DNA of 64,000 nt from Macrostomum lignano (GCA_002269645.1 NIVC01002171.1:1-64000); one strand, 5' to 3'. Counted from the first letter of the stretch, positions 47,698 to 62,514 are shown. A program made the numbers and translations. Notes: generated by a model not told the origin, from the letters alone.

Positions 47698-48476
47698 ATG
47701 CAGCCTACCATGCCGGCTCTGTACAGGACCGGCATGCCGATCCTGAGCTGCCTGATCTGCGCCGCTCTCTGCCGCCAGTTCCAGATCTCGGACCTCGGCT
47801 GCTTCGTTGACGACGCGAATGGCGTGAGAGACGTCAATGACATGAAGCACATTGGCCTCATACGGATCGGAAGCTCCGAGGTATCTCCGATAAACGATGC
47901 CAGTGGCGCTTTTGTCGGCAGCTACTCGATAATGACTCACGAGCTGTGCAGCAGCGTCTGCGCTCTGGGCGGCTTCCAGTTCGCGGCTCTGCAGGCCATA
48001 TACTGGTGCTTCTGCGGCAACTCCTACGGGTCGCTGGGCGCTGCTTCTGACTCGGAATGCAATCTCGCTTGCAGTGGAAACTCGGGCCAGAACTGCGGAG
48101 GCGACTACCGAAACCGGGTGCTCCGGCTGAGCTACACGGGCAGTTTGGAAGACGCTTGCATGAGTTGGTTAAAAGTACAAATCTCTTTCTATGTAGAAAG
48201 GCTTGGTATTAATGCAACTGGCGCTCATTTTAAACTGCAGACCGGAACGTGTTCGTTCCCGGTAACCGGACCTTCGTTGAGCTGAGCGTCCCGGATGCGC
48301 CCGCCTTCAGAACACTGCAGTGTGCCGGGCTGCCCGAGTGCCTGTACCGGTGCCGCTCCGGTTGCCAGGCGGTGATCTTCAGCCAGCAGCAGCGCCTGTG
48401 CCACCTGCTGGAGTTTGCTGCGGTCCCGGCCGCGCTCAGCAGCGCCAGCAGCGGCGACTTCTTTGTCCGCCGCTGA
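47698..48476 (+). CDS. WSC + PAN/apple domain protein, diverged paralog 3 (intron 48140-48240, GC donor)
   Basis: WSC ORF 47698-48285 and PAN ORF 48249-48476 are joined in frame by a GC-AG intron at the same position as in copies 1 and 2. Confidence 0.75.
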
Positions 48477-49829
48477 GTGCGAATGCGACAGGTGCTGCTG
48501 CGACTGTGCAGAGCAGACGAACTTTACGAACCGCAATTTAGAGGTAGATCATGTCACATAATTTCAACTTTTTTTGCTTCAATTTTTGTCCCGAAATTTA
48601 ACAACGTTGTATTTTTATCACAACGCTTCAATTTGCTTTCCTTGATAGTCTTTGCGAATGCGCTTCTGTGTGCAAGACATTCGGTTTCTGCTTTTGTTCC
48701 GTTAACAATAGAAAGACCACGCTATTTTTCCCATGGGGAAAGACCACGGGGGTATATTGCAAATGCACACAACCCATTTCACGATTTCTCGCAAACCGAA
48801 TTACCGATTTTCCTAAAAGTCCACCATATGGATCAAACTTTTCTGCCCTTTCCGACGAACTGACTTTCAAAGTCATCCTACGTCAACATCGTCGAGATAT
48901 TCAACGATTCTCCTCGGGGTGGCCGCGTGGTGGCACTCCATTGAAGGTCCCGAAGGTCGCCTTTATGTCTACAGGTCAGCCTAGAGGGTCACCATCGTCC
49001 ATTTTAGTCACCGATTGTGTCTACTGACTGAATTCTGCATGCAGAAGAGGATTCTTCCATTTCAGTTTTGGGAACGCAGCCGTCTCTGAGATACCGACGG
49101 GTGCTTTTGTTGAAGGTGCCGACGGTCGCCGCCGATGCTTCAGACGGTGCTGAAGGGGACCCTGGTGCCTGGGATGCTGAGAACAAAGGCCTCACGACTA
49201 GTTTGTTGAGCCGACGTGGAAAATTTTTTGCCAATGTTGGTGATTTTTGCCACAAGGCACCCCTAATCGTTGAATATCTCGACGATGCCAATTTTTCCTG
49301 ATTCTCGAAGTTGCTCCATCGAATAGAGCGGAAAATTTTCATGGCAATTGGTTGAATATTTTTGGAGATCCAGACAAAGGAAAATGTGTGTATTTGAAAT
49401 ACAGCCCCCCCCCTAGTCTTTCTGCTGTTAATTGCCGTTGAGAAGAAAAGAGTAACCGTTTTGAGTGCGATCGGATGTTTTCATAATCTCTGTATTAAGC
49501 GGAAGTCATCACGATGCGTCATAATTATTTATTCCCTTCTTTTTTTCCTCCCCAAACAGCAGCTATATGATTTGTCCGGGACTCAAATTTCATGCTGTCC
49601 AGATTAAAGCGGCTTGCCTTATGCTGCGCAAGTTGAAGTTTTGGCAAACCACACAGTTCTCTCTTTGAATTTTGGATTTTTTTAATCTAATAATCCTGTT
49701 CTCTGACAATGGAAACTGGTTTAGCAGCGCCGGCAGCGGTGACTTCTTTGTCCGCAGCTGAGTGCGAATGAAGCCGAGTTATACATTTAGATAAGATGCG
49801 GCTTACTCATGTAAATTTAGTGTAGATTG

Positions 49830-52800
49830 GCTGGCCAATCGCTGTTAGCGGGGCCGGGGGGCTTTTCGTCGCCCGTGTTTGGGGGTGCTTGGTCCGGGGG
49901 TGGGTGCGCCGCCCCCGGGGCGGGGGTGGGTGTCTGTGGGGCCTTTTTAGCCCCGTGCGTTGGGCCCGCCTCAGCCTATCTCTCCTCGCCAGCTTGCATG
50001 CGATTTTTTTGCGATTTTTGGCTAGCCCAACTTAATTACTCAACTTACTCTGGGTACTATGAGTTTGCGTAGGATGACTGTAAATCAGCTACGTGAAGAA
50101 TTGAGTGATAGGGGCCTGAGCACGCACGGCTACAAGAAAGACCTGGTCAGCAGACTCTCCACTGCGATGAACCAGAGCGAAGCAGCTAGTCGGCGGGAAC
50201 AAGCGGCGTCAAACTCCGCGGAGACCGACAGCGAAGGTCGGCGGCAGCAGCAGCAACAACGGCTGGAGGCAGGGGAGGCGCTGGACCTAGCAGAGCTCCG
50301 GCGGAAGATAGCTAGCCTGGAATCGGAGACGGCAGCAATGCGCCAGCAGCTGGAAGGCCGATTTAGACCAGGTGAGGTGGACCAACAGCTTCTTAATGAG
50401 CCCTCTGATTTTAGTAGCGACATGAATATCCCGAGTATGCTCAGAGGTCCCGGGTTCGAGACCAGGCTCGAGCCCTCAGTAGCTCAACTAGGGCTACGGG
50501 CGGCACCACTCGTCGTTGCCGATTTCTGCGGTTGCGACCCTCGGACGGCGTCGGCGAGTCGTAGGGAAAAGGTGCTGCATCCAACCGCCAATCAGCCTAA
50601 ACCCGAATCGCTGGGAATCGGTCAGTGGATAGTCGGCAACGCGCGCATCCTCGACGCCCTGATCTCTAGAGGACAGCTCGACCTGGAAGGCGTTCGGCAG
50701 TGCTTGCAGTACAATGTGCAGATCGGTGAGCTAGTCGAGGCAGGTTACGACACCACCAGGATCATGCGGTTCGACGACGCATTTAGAAGAGAGCAGCAGG
50801 CGGGCATGCAAGACTGGGCGCGACCGAGTTTCTCGCTGGTAGCACGGCACCTCATCGCCCCGCAGCAGACTCTACAACATGCCCGTTCTCGCATGGATAG
50901 GAAGATTCCGGTGATCCAAGGTGCGCCCGTGTGCCTCAAGTTCAATACCCGTGGTGGCTGCAAGTTCCAGAATTGCAAGTACACTCATGCGTGCCGGGTC
51001 TGCTTGCGCTCGGACCACGGCGAGACGCAACACGCGGCAAAAAACGAATAGCCGCGGCTCCAGTGGCCCCGGCAAGCTGGCAGCCGCAAATTTTAATCCC
51101 AAGTTTTTACTCCATTCGCGACATCAATTTCAATCCGAGTGGCTCCCTTGACGCAAATGCCTGGGCGAAGGAGCTGGACGGCGACCCCGACGGGCCTTTT
51201 TTAATTGACGGAGTCCAAAACGGCTTCGCGCTCACTACTGAAACAGATTTTAAGCCTTCCGAAGTTGATAACTACTCGTCCGCCATTGAGTACAAGACGC
51301 TGGTTGAAGAGCAATTGCAGCGTGAGATCGCCAGCGGGCGGTATGTGTCAGTCAGCCGACGTCCGTGCAAGATCTCCGCGCTTGGTGCCATCCCGAAAGA
51401 GGACGGTGGAGTCCGTATCATCCACGACTGCAGTCGTCCGGAAGGCTGTGCGGTCAACGACCACTTTATCGCAGACCACAAGATTAAGTTTGAAACGGTT
51501 AGCGGCCTCTGCTCACAACTCAAGCCCGGTCAAGATCGATCTCAAGGAGGCGTATCGCTCAGTAGGTGTTCATCCTTCTTCTCTCGACGCTCTGGGCATC
51601 AAATGGCAATTTAGCGGCGACAGCGAGCCTACCTACCTGGTCGACACCCGGCTGAGCTTCGGCGCTGCGACCTCGGTGTACCATTTCAACAGGCTGTCTA
51701 AGGCGGTGGTGCGCATGATGCAACAGCGCGGGTTCACCTGCGTTGGCTACCTCGACGACTTCGCTGTGGCCGGGAGCACCTACGAGTCCTGTGTCGAGGC
51801 TTACGAGAGCTTGAGGAGCCTGGCGACGAGCCTCGGTTTCACCATCAACGAAAAGAAGTCTAGCGGGCCGTCGCGGCGCACAGTTTTCCTGGGCGTCCTG
51901 ATTGACACAGAGTCGGGGATGCTGAGCATCCCACCGGCCAAGCTCAGTGCACTCGAAGACGCACTTGGGAGCTGCTTGCATCGACGCGGTGCCATCAGCA
52001 AGCGCGACCTTCAGCGGATCTGCGGCAAGCTGTCCTGGGTGAGCAGCGTGACCAGGAAAGGCCGAGCTTCCATCCGCCCTCTACTGATGCTGGCGAGCCG
52101 GGCGACTAGACCTGGGGACAAATTGCGGCTGACCCCGCACCTCACTGAGCTGCTGCACTGGTGGAGGAGAAGCCTTCAGTCCGTTGGCTGCGCGCCCATC
52201 TGGCCTCGCTACGCTCGAAGGATCGTCATCGAGACTGACGCCTGCAACTCGGGTGGTGCCTGCATTGTTCGGGAGGCCAATAAATCCGACTGGCTCTACA
52301 TCAACTGGAAGAACGACGCTGGTGGCCGTTTTGCTTCGGCCCACATCAACGTTAAGGAGACCATCACGCCTGTCCTTAGCATCCTCGCGGCCCCGGGCCG
52401 CTTCGCCGGTGCGGACATCGTCGTGTACAGCGACAGCTCAGCGGCTGTCGGTGCGCTGAACAAGCTCAGCTCGCCATGTAACGACGTCAACCGGCTCCTG
52501 CACACGCTGTCGCTTGCCTGCGACGCGTGGGGTCTGCGGCTGCGGGCCTTTCACGTTCCAGGCGCCTTCCAGGTCCTGGCGGACCCGGCCTCTCGCCTTG
52601 CTTCTAGAAGCGGGGCGCAGAATTTCTTTCTCCGCTTCTACCGTAGCCTGCATGATTTAGCTGCTGAATCTTGCTGCATCTCGCGCCACGCACTCTGCCC
52701 TGCCTCCGCCTCCCTTTTGCTTTTGCAGGTCCACGCCTCCTGCCTCCCGCCTACCCGGGCCGCTCCTTCGCTTTCTCGCCGACGCCTGGGCTCCTAGTAC

Positions 52801-54050
52801 GAGGGCATCGTACGCTTCAAACCTCGAACAGATGCAGCGCTTCTGCAACCTCGAAGGTGTTCAGCCACTAGCGGCGTCCCCGGTGCACTTGGTCGAGTAC
52901 GTGCGACGCCTGGCTAAGCGCGGCGTGGCACCCGGTAGCCTCGGTGGACACCTGGCGGCCATCAGCTGGAGCTTCAAGCTGGCGCAACTCCCCGACATCA
53001 CCAAGTCCGGCCTGATCGATCTGGCAGTTAAGAGCGCCAAACGGACAAGCGGCCATTCAGTCAAGCAGAAAGACCCCATCACCCCGGCTGTTCTGCTTTC
53101 ACTGGCAAACCAGGTGAACCCAAGAGATCCTGCAGACGCCGCCTTTTGGGCGGCCGTGCTCTGCTGCTTCTGGGCGCTTCTCAGGAAAGCAAATGTCTGC
53201 GGGCGCCACTCCATTCTCGTCGGCGACACTCAGGCCGATAGTCAGTGCTGGAGACTCCGAGTTCGACAGTCGAAGACCAACCAATGCGGACAAGACTACT
53301 AAGAGGCGGTGCTGCCAGCGCTCGGAAGCCACCCACTATGCCCTGTCCAAGCCCTGCGGCGGCATTTTCAGACTAACAAGCTGCGGTCTGCGCCGGCGCT
53401 CACTCGGCTGTTTTGCGTCCACATCACCGGAAGCTGGTGCCCGATGTCATCGCGTCAATTCGACCGCCGCCTCGCTCGGGCTCTGACAGATGCGGGTTGG
53501 GCGGCGACAGCTTTCTCAGGCCACTATCTACGACGGGGTGGCGCCTGTCTGGCGTTCGACAGCGGCCTCGACGTGGAGCAGATCAAGCGGCTGGGCGGCT
53601 GGCGCAGCGGCGCCGTTTCACGCTACCTGCCGCAGTCGGGAGGTTGCCTCCGTCTCCTGCGCCCAATGGGCAACCGTGTGCTGTCGGCACCTCCTAGCGC
53701 TCGCCTGACTCGCCCCGTCGCCGTGTACCCTACTTTTTAATCCCTTTGTTCGGGTTTTTGGGATGTTTTGCTCGTGCTCTCCAATCCTTGCCTTTGCTCT
53801 CTCCCTCCGGCCGTTCCGCTAAATAAAAATTTATCGCAGAATTTTTTACGCTTAGATTCATTTTTTTGTTTTTTTTTGAGTGAAATTAATAATTATCGAG
53901 ATTTAACGGTAGCCGTGATTTTTCCCTTTTACTCTTTAACCTACGAGCGTACTGTAGTGAATAAAATGAGTTTGTGTTTTTTAGTACACTGTCGTTTCTA
54001 TAATGGGGTAACTTCAATTTTGCGTAGATTAGTTCGATCATAAACCATTT
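49830..54050 (+). mobile_element. Ngaro/DIRS-type tyrosine-recombinase retrotransposon, copy 2
   Basis: gag 50059-51051 with an N-terminal SAP-like motif and C-terminal CCCH/CCHC; RT-RNase H 50931-52797 (YLDDF, ETDAC); YR 52832-53740 (RKANV, H.LRRGGA, GGWRS.A..RY). Frameshifted; ends approximate. Confidence 0.9.
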
Positions 54051-55026
54051 AGTAGTGTACTATATATGTAAAACCGAGGTCCTGTTTCACTATCCTGCGC
54101 CGACGGTGACTTCTACAGGTGGGAAGCGTCATCTGACGGACCTTGATCGCATGAGTTGATTTGTTTGGGTTGCGTTTTTTACTTTGCTTTTGTCGTTGCT
54201 GTATTTTACTTGATTATTCGAATTGAGCTGGCTTTGTCTAAACTGATAATAGTAAGTTGAATTTTAAATAAACTCATTTCAAATGCGGGCGCGAACTCGC
54301 CACGAGTGCTCTGATCAGTTATATCTTCTTGATCCCTCAATGCTAATGTTGTTTGAGAAGCTGTTTTGCAGTCAGGATGCGGAACAAGTACTCACTGAAA
54401 TGAAATTGATCTGATGCAGCTCGGCAGCACACCGAGATCTTGGCAATTTGCATCGGAAACTTTTTGAGTTGCTACTGAAGGAAAACGCCGAGTGTAATGT
54501 ACAGACAGACGACTTTGAGATGACTTTGAGACGAAGTCAATTAGCAATCGACATAAAGCATGAACCGTTTTTTTATAATTTATCCTAACTTTATTATTTA
54601 CAATTTATCGATTTTTCGAGCCCAGAAGGCTGCAGGCTGAAGCTCAGGTGAAGCAGAATCTGGCACGGGAATAATCCGATTAGATTCACCATGCTCCATG
54701 ATTCACTCTAGCAGAGCTGCTTCGCTTCGCTGCCTGTGTGAGCCAGCTCGAGCTGAGACTCACTCGCTAGCAGATTGGCAGCGGGCCGTCACAGCTGGAT
54801 TGCCCTGGATGAAATCCATCAGCTGCATCCACTGCCGGCTTTGGAGTCACTGCTGCTGTAGGTAAAGCCGTTGTTTGTCACCTACCTTAAATCTCTCGAT
54901 TAAAGGCATTATTACGATCTGCAAAGCTGATATTTGAGTCATTGCACAGTCATTTGCCGGTCATAGTCTGAGCATAGCTTACACCTTGGATTCTGAGCAG
55001 TCTGAGCTATTGTTAACTCTTGCCTG

Positions 55027-58000
55027 TTGACTTGACTTACTTGACTTAGCTGCAGGGCTGTCCCGGAGGGGACACAGCGGGAAGGCGCGGGCGCCCATTC
55101 CGCTAGTCCCTGAACGGCCGACGCGTCGCTGGACGGAGGGTTGGCGCCGCCCAGGGAGGTCCCCCAGTGTCGCCAGCAGCTATAGTGCTCTCTGGAAAGG
55201 AGAGTTCAGCCCTGCGGGTGGCCCGAAGGTAGCGCATGAGCTGATTAAAGTTTTCGGGTTTGCACGCTTCAGTAATAGATGTGTGTGGCCCGAGGTAAGT
55301 GAGTCTGGCCCGCGTGAAGGCGGGACAGATGCTGACGAAATGCTCAGCGGTTTCGTCACCTGAGTTGCAGAAACTACAGGTGGCGTTGGTGGCGTTGCCC
55401 TGCAGGTACTGGTGCCTGGAGAAGCAGCCGTGACCAGAGAGGGTCATGGTGGCAGCCCGGATGTCTCTGCGCGAGAGGCGCAAGAGGAGCTTCCGGAGCT
55501 GGTGAGAGGGCTGAGAGGGCTGAGGGCTGAGGGATTGCCTGCAGGTAGTGCAGTTCGCCCAAGTCGAGCGATGCTGGGTCCTGATCCACACTTTGATGCG
55601 CGAGTCGATGACACAGCCAGGAATCGGGACAAGGGGTTCGGGACCGAGAGAGGAGCCGGAGGCACCAACTTTTGCAAGGGTGTCAGCCAACTCATTTCCT
55701 CGGATCCCCACATGCCCCGGAACCCACTTAAGGGTAATTTTGTTGGTGGAACCCAACACGTTGAGGAGTTTGATACAGTCAAGGACTGTAGCAGAGTTGG
55801 TGCTGCAGCCACTGATGGCGTGCAAGGCAGCTTGGCTGTCCGAATGGAAAATGATGTTCTTACCAGTAACGCCAGTGGCGAGAAGCTCTGCAGTGCAGGA
55901 GCTGATGGCCAGAACTTCATTTTGGAAAACACTGGAGTTGACCCCAGTGTATTGAGCGTGGGTAGCGATGACCCTCCCGTTCAGAAAGATTCCAACACCA
56001 AAGCCGGTGTTGGCTGACTGCTTAGAACCGTCGGTGTAGCAATGAAGCTCACCAAGGTTCCATTGGTCATTGATGTTATCGCGCGAGTCGATAGCTACGC
56101 AGTAGCGCTGTCTCAGGTTGAGCGTTGAGGCAATGCCATCGGTGAAGACGCGATTGGCCTGACACTCGTTGAGAAAGTTGAGGCACAGGTCGCTATGCGG
56201 GACAAGGTTCCGCTTAGCAGGTGCTCTCATGTAAATGAATTTGACGCCGGCATCAATTAGACGCCGCGTCGTTCTAGCCGCCTCACCCCTGACGAAGAGG
56301 TCAAGAGGCGGTAGATTAAGGAAGGCCCCCATGCCAGCCAAGTGCTCGTCGGAGCTGGGCCAGGATGGCTGAGGCACGCTTGGCTTTTGCTTTCACGTGG
56401 AAGGACCAGTTGAGCCTGTGGTCAAGTGTGACCCCGAGACATCTGGTCTGGTGCGCGAAGGCAATATCTCTGCCGTAGAGCTGCAGAGGACGTATGTTCC
56501 AGCGTAGTCTGCTGGTAAAGATAATGGCAACGGTTTTGGGCTCAGAGAGTTCCAGACCATTGTCATTGGCCCAGGATTCTGCTTTGCGGATAAAGCTCTG
56601 CATCAGATCCCTGAGCGTGCTGGGAGACGGTCCTGCCACAATGGCCGTGACGTCATCAGCATACCCGACTTTGAAGACGGGGTCGGGTCGGGAGTCACTC
56701 AGAAGAGCGTCCATGACCAGGTTCCAGAGCGTCGAGGTGAGGACTCCGCCTTGGGGTCCACCCTTACAGACTCTGGTGGAGGCAGTTTGCCCAAGAAGTT
56801 GGGCAGTGACCGTACGGTTGGAGATCATGTACATGATCCACCGTATGAGGGTAGCATGAGCTTTGCGATTTTGAAGGGCCCTCTGAAACGCTTCAAAGAT
56901 AACGTTGTCGAAGGCGCCAACAATGTCAAGAAAGAGAGCCAGGGCGTAACCGTCACCCAGTACCGCCCGTTCAATCTTCTCGACAATCGCATGCAGGGCG
57001 CTGTCAGTCGACCTCCCGGTACGGAAGGCGTGCTGATTATTGCTGAGGGGCATCGCTGTCAGCTCGCAGGATAGCAGCCGCCAGAGAATAAGCCTCTCAG
57101 TGAGCTTAAGCATTGCTGACGTTAAGCTAATAGGCCGGAAGGCCTTGACGCTTTGGTAGTCACCCTTCCCACGTTTGGGAATAAAGACTACCCGAGCTTC
57201 AGTCCAGCATTTGGAAACGTATCCCAGCTGGATAGAGGCCCGCATAAGATTGCGGGTGAGTCTCAGGAACGAGGGTATCTTGGCTGCTTCACGAAGGAGA
57301 ACAGGGTAGATACTATCAGGTCCAGGAGATTTGAAGGGTTTGAAGGTTCTGACCGCACGAGCGATTAGGTCTTCAGTAACAATGCCCGCCGCTAGGGTGG
57401 CTCCATCCATCGAATGGTTGGGCTCCGGTCTAGCAGTAGGTACCCTCGGGAAGAATGTGCTAAGCATATGCTGAAGCACTTCTTCAGGGTCTTTAGTAAG
57501 AGAGCCATCATCTTTTTTGATCATGGCTAATTTGGATATTTTGTCCATTGTAAGGGCCTTGACAAGCCTAGAAGTAGGTCTGTCTTGATCCAATTCATTG
57601 CAGAATTGGCGCTACTTACATTCCTTGGCCTTGCGCACTTCAGATTTGAAATTGCGGGAGGCTTGCCGGAAAAGCTCCATGTCCTCCGGGTTTCCGGTCT
57701 TCATGGCACGGCGATGAAGGCTTTTGGCCTTCCGCCTGAGTTTCCCCAGCTCCGGGTTCCACCACGGCGCCGAGGTCTTGCCTTTGTAGGCGCGAGCAGG
57801 ACAAGCCGCTTCGTAGGCTGCAATAATGCAACCTGTCAGCGTCTCAGCCATATGATCCACATCCTCGCAGGTCTCAATCGGTCGTAAGTCCGTGAGTTCC
57901 TGCAGGTTCAGATCAAGGGCAGCCTTGTAGGCCGCCCAATCAGTGTTGCGGATATTGCGTCTCCAAGTGATCGGAGACTGGGTTTTAGTGTCCGCGATGT

Positions 58001-59420
58001 TAAAGGCGATAAAGCAGTGGTCGGACAGGGAGGGCTCCTCAGACCAGACTCTCCACTCCTCAACTCTGTCAAAGAGTCTTGGGGTAACGAGTGTGGCGTC
58101 GAGGACCTCGGTCCATCTGCCATTATTAAAGGTAGGAGTGCTGCCGCGGTTGCAGAGCATGAGGTTTGTGTTAGAGATGAGGGCCAGAAGCTCCTCTCTA
58201 GTGTTGGTATCTTTGCTGCCCCAGTGCTTGTGGTGCGCGTTAAGGTCGCCCCCTAAGCACAGCTCAGCGTTCTGGGACTCGCAGTACTGCGCAAGGCGCA
58301 GTAAACTCTCAGGAGCAGGGTCTCTGTCGCCTGGGATATAAACCGAGGCAACAAGACACGTACGCGGAGAGAAATGATTAGATTGGATGACGCAAAGCTC
58401 TCCATCAGAGAGATCAGTCCTCAGCCAAGCCTGGAGATGGCTAGCAGCGAGGATAGCCGCTCTAGGGCGGCTGTTCCCCGGGCCACACACATAAAAATCA
58501 GAGTAGCCAGAGGGAATGTTGGGCAACTTACCGTTGCGCATCCAGGGTTCCTGGATCAGGATGAGGCCTGGCCTGTACAGCTCAGCAATCTTCATCAGAT
58601 TTACTGACGCAGATACGCAATGCTGTAAATTAATTTGCAGACAGAATGTCGCTCCTTTGGCAGCGTGGAGCTTAGTCATACTGTATTAAATGCAATGTCT
58701 GGCTAGAGCCCAGGGCCATCAAGGAGACTTGGACAACAGATCGTCCTCGTCCCAGGCCGCTGGGGCTTGACTGGGAGATGGGAGTTGGTCGACGTCCATG
58801 GCCTCCTCACCCCCACCGGCCCCCCAGCAGAGTCCTCAGGCTCCGATGACAGGATGGAGGAAGCTTCCTCCCCTGCATCTTTACCTTCAGACCCCACCAG
58901 GGTGGCCGAGGAGAGCTCGGATTCCGAAGACCCGGCCTCGTCCTCAACTCCTTCTCCGACTGGCAGGTTTGGTTCCCGGGGCTTGGCCGGAGCCGTTACC
59001 GCGGTCGCCGAACTGCTGCTAGCAGAGGGGCGAGATGCAGCTTTGGCTTTGGGATCGGCTTGCGCCTTTCCTTGGGCCTTAGACTGCGCCCCGCTCTTGC
59101 CGGAGATGCCGGGGTTGGCAGTAGCCTTCCCTTTGGCAGACTTTCCTCGGCGCATCTTGAGCTTGAGGGCACCCAGCTGGAAAGAGGATCCATTAGGGTA
59201 CCGACTCGCCCAAGTGCTGGAAAGGCCGAGGACAATTGAGTTGCCCGTCTACCCCCTGCGGACTCGGCGGTGATACACCAGTCCACTAGCAGGGAGGTCG
59301 GGGTTCAGACGCAGTAGGACCCGGCGGATAACGTCTGGTCCAGCTGCGGTGCTCTTAGCAGGGACGAAAACCACATAGGGTATCGTCTTTGGACGCTGGC
59401 CCTCGCGAAGAAAAAGAGCT
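55027..59420 (-). mobile_element. Non-LTR retrotransposon with APE, RT and RNase H (LOA/R1-like), frameshifted, 5'-truncated
   Basis: APE 57612-58679 (QINLQH, IQEPW, GGDLNAHH, SDH); RT 56316-57593 (QGGVL, YADD); RNase H 55103-56377 (YTDGSK, SDSQAA, WVPGH.GI.GNE.AD); 3' tail TAAGTCAAGTAAGTCAAGTCAA. Confidence 0.93.
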
Positions 59421-59711
59421 CCGCCAAGGTCAGCATCCAAGGAGATCTTGCCTGTTTCTGCAGATCCCAATATTTCATTAAAATCATTCAGATTGCTTTC
59501 CGTTTCGCAAATGTTCGAAGTGTCAAATTGTTTGTTATGTTTATGTTTCAATTCTGCACTGTGGAGTGTCTCTGCAGAAACGTTGGAAGGAACGCTCACA
59601 AAACAGAAGACAACAGATGAGAAAAGGAGACAATTTCTTTTGGCGAAGTTAAGTTTTTTCCTGCCAGGCGCTACTGCTAGTCAGTAGAAAGTAACGTTCT
59701 TCTTCTTCTCT

Positions 59712-60720
59712 CAGTGGCGTCGCCAACGGGGGGACAGGGGGGACAGGTCCCCTCCAGTAAAAGATCTGGGGGGACATACCAATGCTTTGTCCCCCTCACC
59801 CCCACCTTGTGGCCCGTTGTGAAAATCAATAACTTTTGGTGCCTGTGGCGCTAAAATGAGTGCCTGCGGCGCTAAAATGGTGCCTGTGGCGCTAAAATGA
59901 GTGCCTGTGGCGCTAAAATGAGTGCCTGCGGCGCTAAAATGGTGCCTATGGCGCTAAAATGAGTGCCTGCGGCGCTAAAATGGTGGTGTGGCGCTAAAAT
60001 GAGTGCTTGCGGCGCTGAAATGAGTGCCTGTGGCGCTGAAATGAGTGCCTGTGGCGCTGAAATGAGTGCCTGTGGCGCTGAAATGAGTGCCTGCGGCGCT
60101 AAAATGAGTGCCTGCGGCGCTAAAATGAGTGCCTGCGGCGCTGAAATGAGTGCCTGCGGTGCTGAAATGAGTGCCTGCGGCGCTAAAATGGTGGTGTGGC
60201 GCTGAAATGAGTGCCTGCGGCGCTGAAATGAGTGCCTGTGGCGCTAAAATGAGTGCCTGCGGCGCTAAAATGAGTGCCTGCGGCGCTAAAATGAGTGCCT
60301 GCGGCGCTAAAATGAGTGCCTGCGGCGCTAAAATGAGTGCCTGCGGCGCTAAAATGAGTGCCTGCAGTGCTATAATGAGTGCCTGCGGCGCTAAAATGAG
60401 TGCCTGCGGTGCTGAAATGAGTGCCTGCGGCGCTAAAATGAGTGCCTGCAGTGCTATAATGAGTGCCTGCGGCGCTAAAATGAGTGCCTGCGGCGCTAAA
60501 ATGAGTGCCTGCGGCGCTAAAATGAGTGCCTGCGGCGCTAAAATGAGTGCCTGCGGCGCTAAATGAGTGCCTGCGGCGCTAAAATGAGTGCCTGCAGTGC
60601 TATAATGAGTGCTGAAAACACCGATTATGAAAATAATGTACATGTAGGAATTTCGTCGCGTACATGTACATCTAGAATTCTTGGCTTTGTCCCCCCCCCA
60701 CCATAAAATCCGTGGCGACG
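59712..60720. mobile_element. Non-autonomous hAT-like element filled with a 21-bp satellite
   Basis: Left end cagtggcgtcgcca; right-end remnant tggcgacgc; internal (aaaatgagtgcctgcggcgct)n at 59840-60610. Confidence 0.6.
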
Positions 60721-61806
60721 CTTTCGTATTCTCTTATTTGAGGTAGAGCAGCTCAGGGGTAAACGAGTCTAGCTCCCGAGCCACCCGCGGCCACCTGGTT
60801 CGCTTCAGTGCGCGCGGCCTCATTCATTCAGTTTGAGGGCCAGCTTCCAAGGCACAGAGAGTGCACATGCAGCTGTACACCCTGTTAGACCGTTGTGTGA
60901 ATGCGAGCCTGCGTACAGCATTGGTGCGCTTGTGTGTTGAGCAGGAGCTTCAATTCTGGTTGAGTAGGAAGTGAAGACTGCATCAGCAGGTGTCAAGAGT
61001 TTTCAATCATGTGCTGAGATTTCATTATTAAACAACAGGACACGCTGCAAAAGAAGAAGCTATGCAGTGTTTTTAATCATCAAGTTTGCTGAATAGACAC
61101 CTGACAATAAGCTTCGACATCTGAACACGAGAATAATCATCATCTGAGCGATTTGTGAGGCTTGTGAAGCTGAAGGTGAAAATCCAAGAGGTCCGCACAG
61201 CTTGTACTGTCGTGGCTACAGCTAATACAGCCTGACTTCAGCTTGAGAATACATTGCATTATAGCCTGCCTATAGATCCGTGCCGATCCCATTCAGTGAA
61301 TTGGAGAAGGGCATTGAGAAGTGTATTCTATGTACCTTCAGCTCAGACAGTGAGACTGTCTTCGGCCTGCCCCCAGCCCGCCCTAATAAATAATAAACTG
61401 ACAAGTCGTGTCAAGCCTGCACGGAAGAGCTGAGCAGTTCAGATGCAGCTGGAAGCGGCATCAACTCCAGTCTGTTTCTATGGCACTGGGGGTCTTGGAG
61501 TTAATCACAGCTTTTAGCCCCGAATAAGCACCGCCTGACATCTCAGTGGGGGTGACGCCATTAGACCATTTGGTTGGCCTGCCCGGGGCTGGGTCAGGAA
61601 CGCAGCTGACGGGAAACTCCTTAGCTGCCTCTCAAGTTATATCTGTGTATTAATGCTTGTTTTTTTGCGACAGGCTTCCGTGCTGGCTTCAGTTCCCTGC
61701 CAGCATGAATAATTAGACAGTTGAGTCCCGGTGCACGTGCCTTGGGCCTCACTGGCTTTGAGGGGCTCCAGGCCTGGGGCAAAACTCTTTTCATGACTTG
61801 CCGACG

Positions 61807-62152
<346 letters not shown>

Positions 62153-62514
62153 TCTCACAATCCGTTCTACTCATTCCTCATTGGCTGCTCACTTTTCCCA
62201 GACAGTCGCTGAGTGGCTAAAACTCTCTGTTAGCTTGCAGAAGATCCACTTTGCTCAAGGTTGTAGTTGACCCTACTCAGGGCCAAGCATCCGGATATGA
62301 AGGCATCCGGAGCTGCTATGTGTTTTTAATCTAATAATTTGAGTTTCGACTGACTTCCCGATGTTGAGCAAGTGGCTGATTCCTGTACTTTGCTGGATGT
62401 CGGTGAGGTGAGCGGAGAAATCCTTTACTCACTCCTCACTGCTAACATTTCAGACTTTTGGGACTTTGTAGTCTTCACTATTTCCTTTTTCCTACTTTAT
62501 TTCTCCTATATCTC

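Noticed and set aside
60740-60810. Weak A-box/B-box-like tRNA or SINE head
   Set aside because: No cloverleaf and poor box matches
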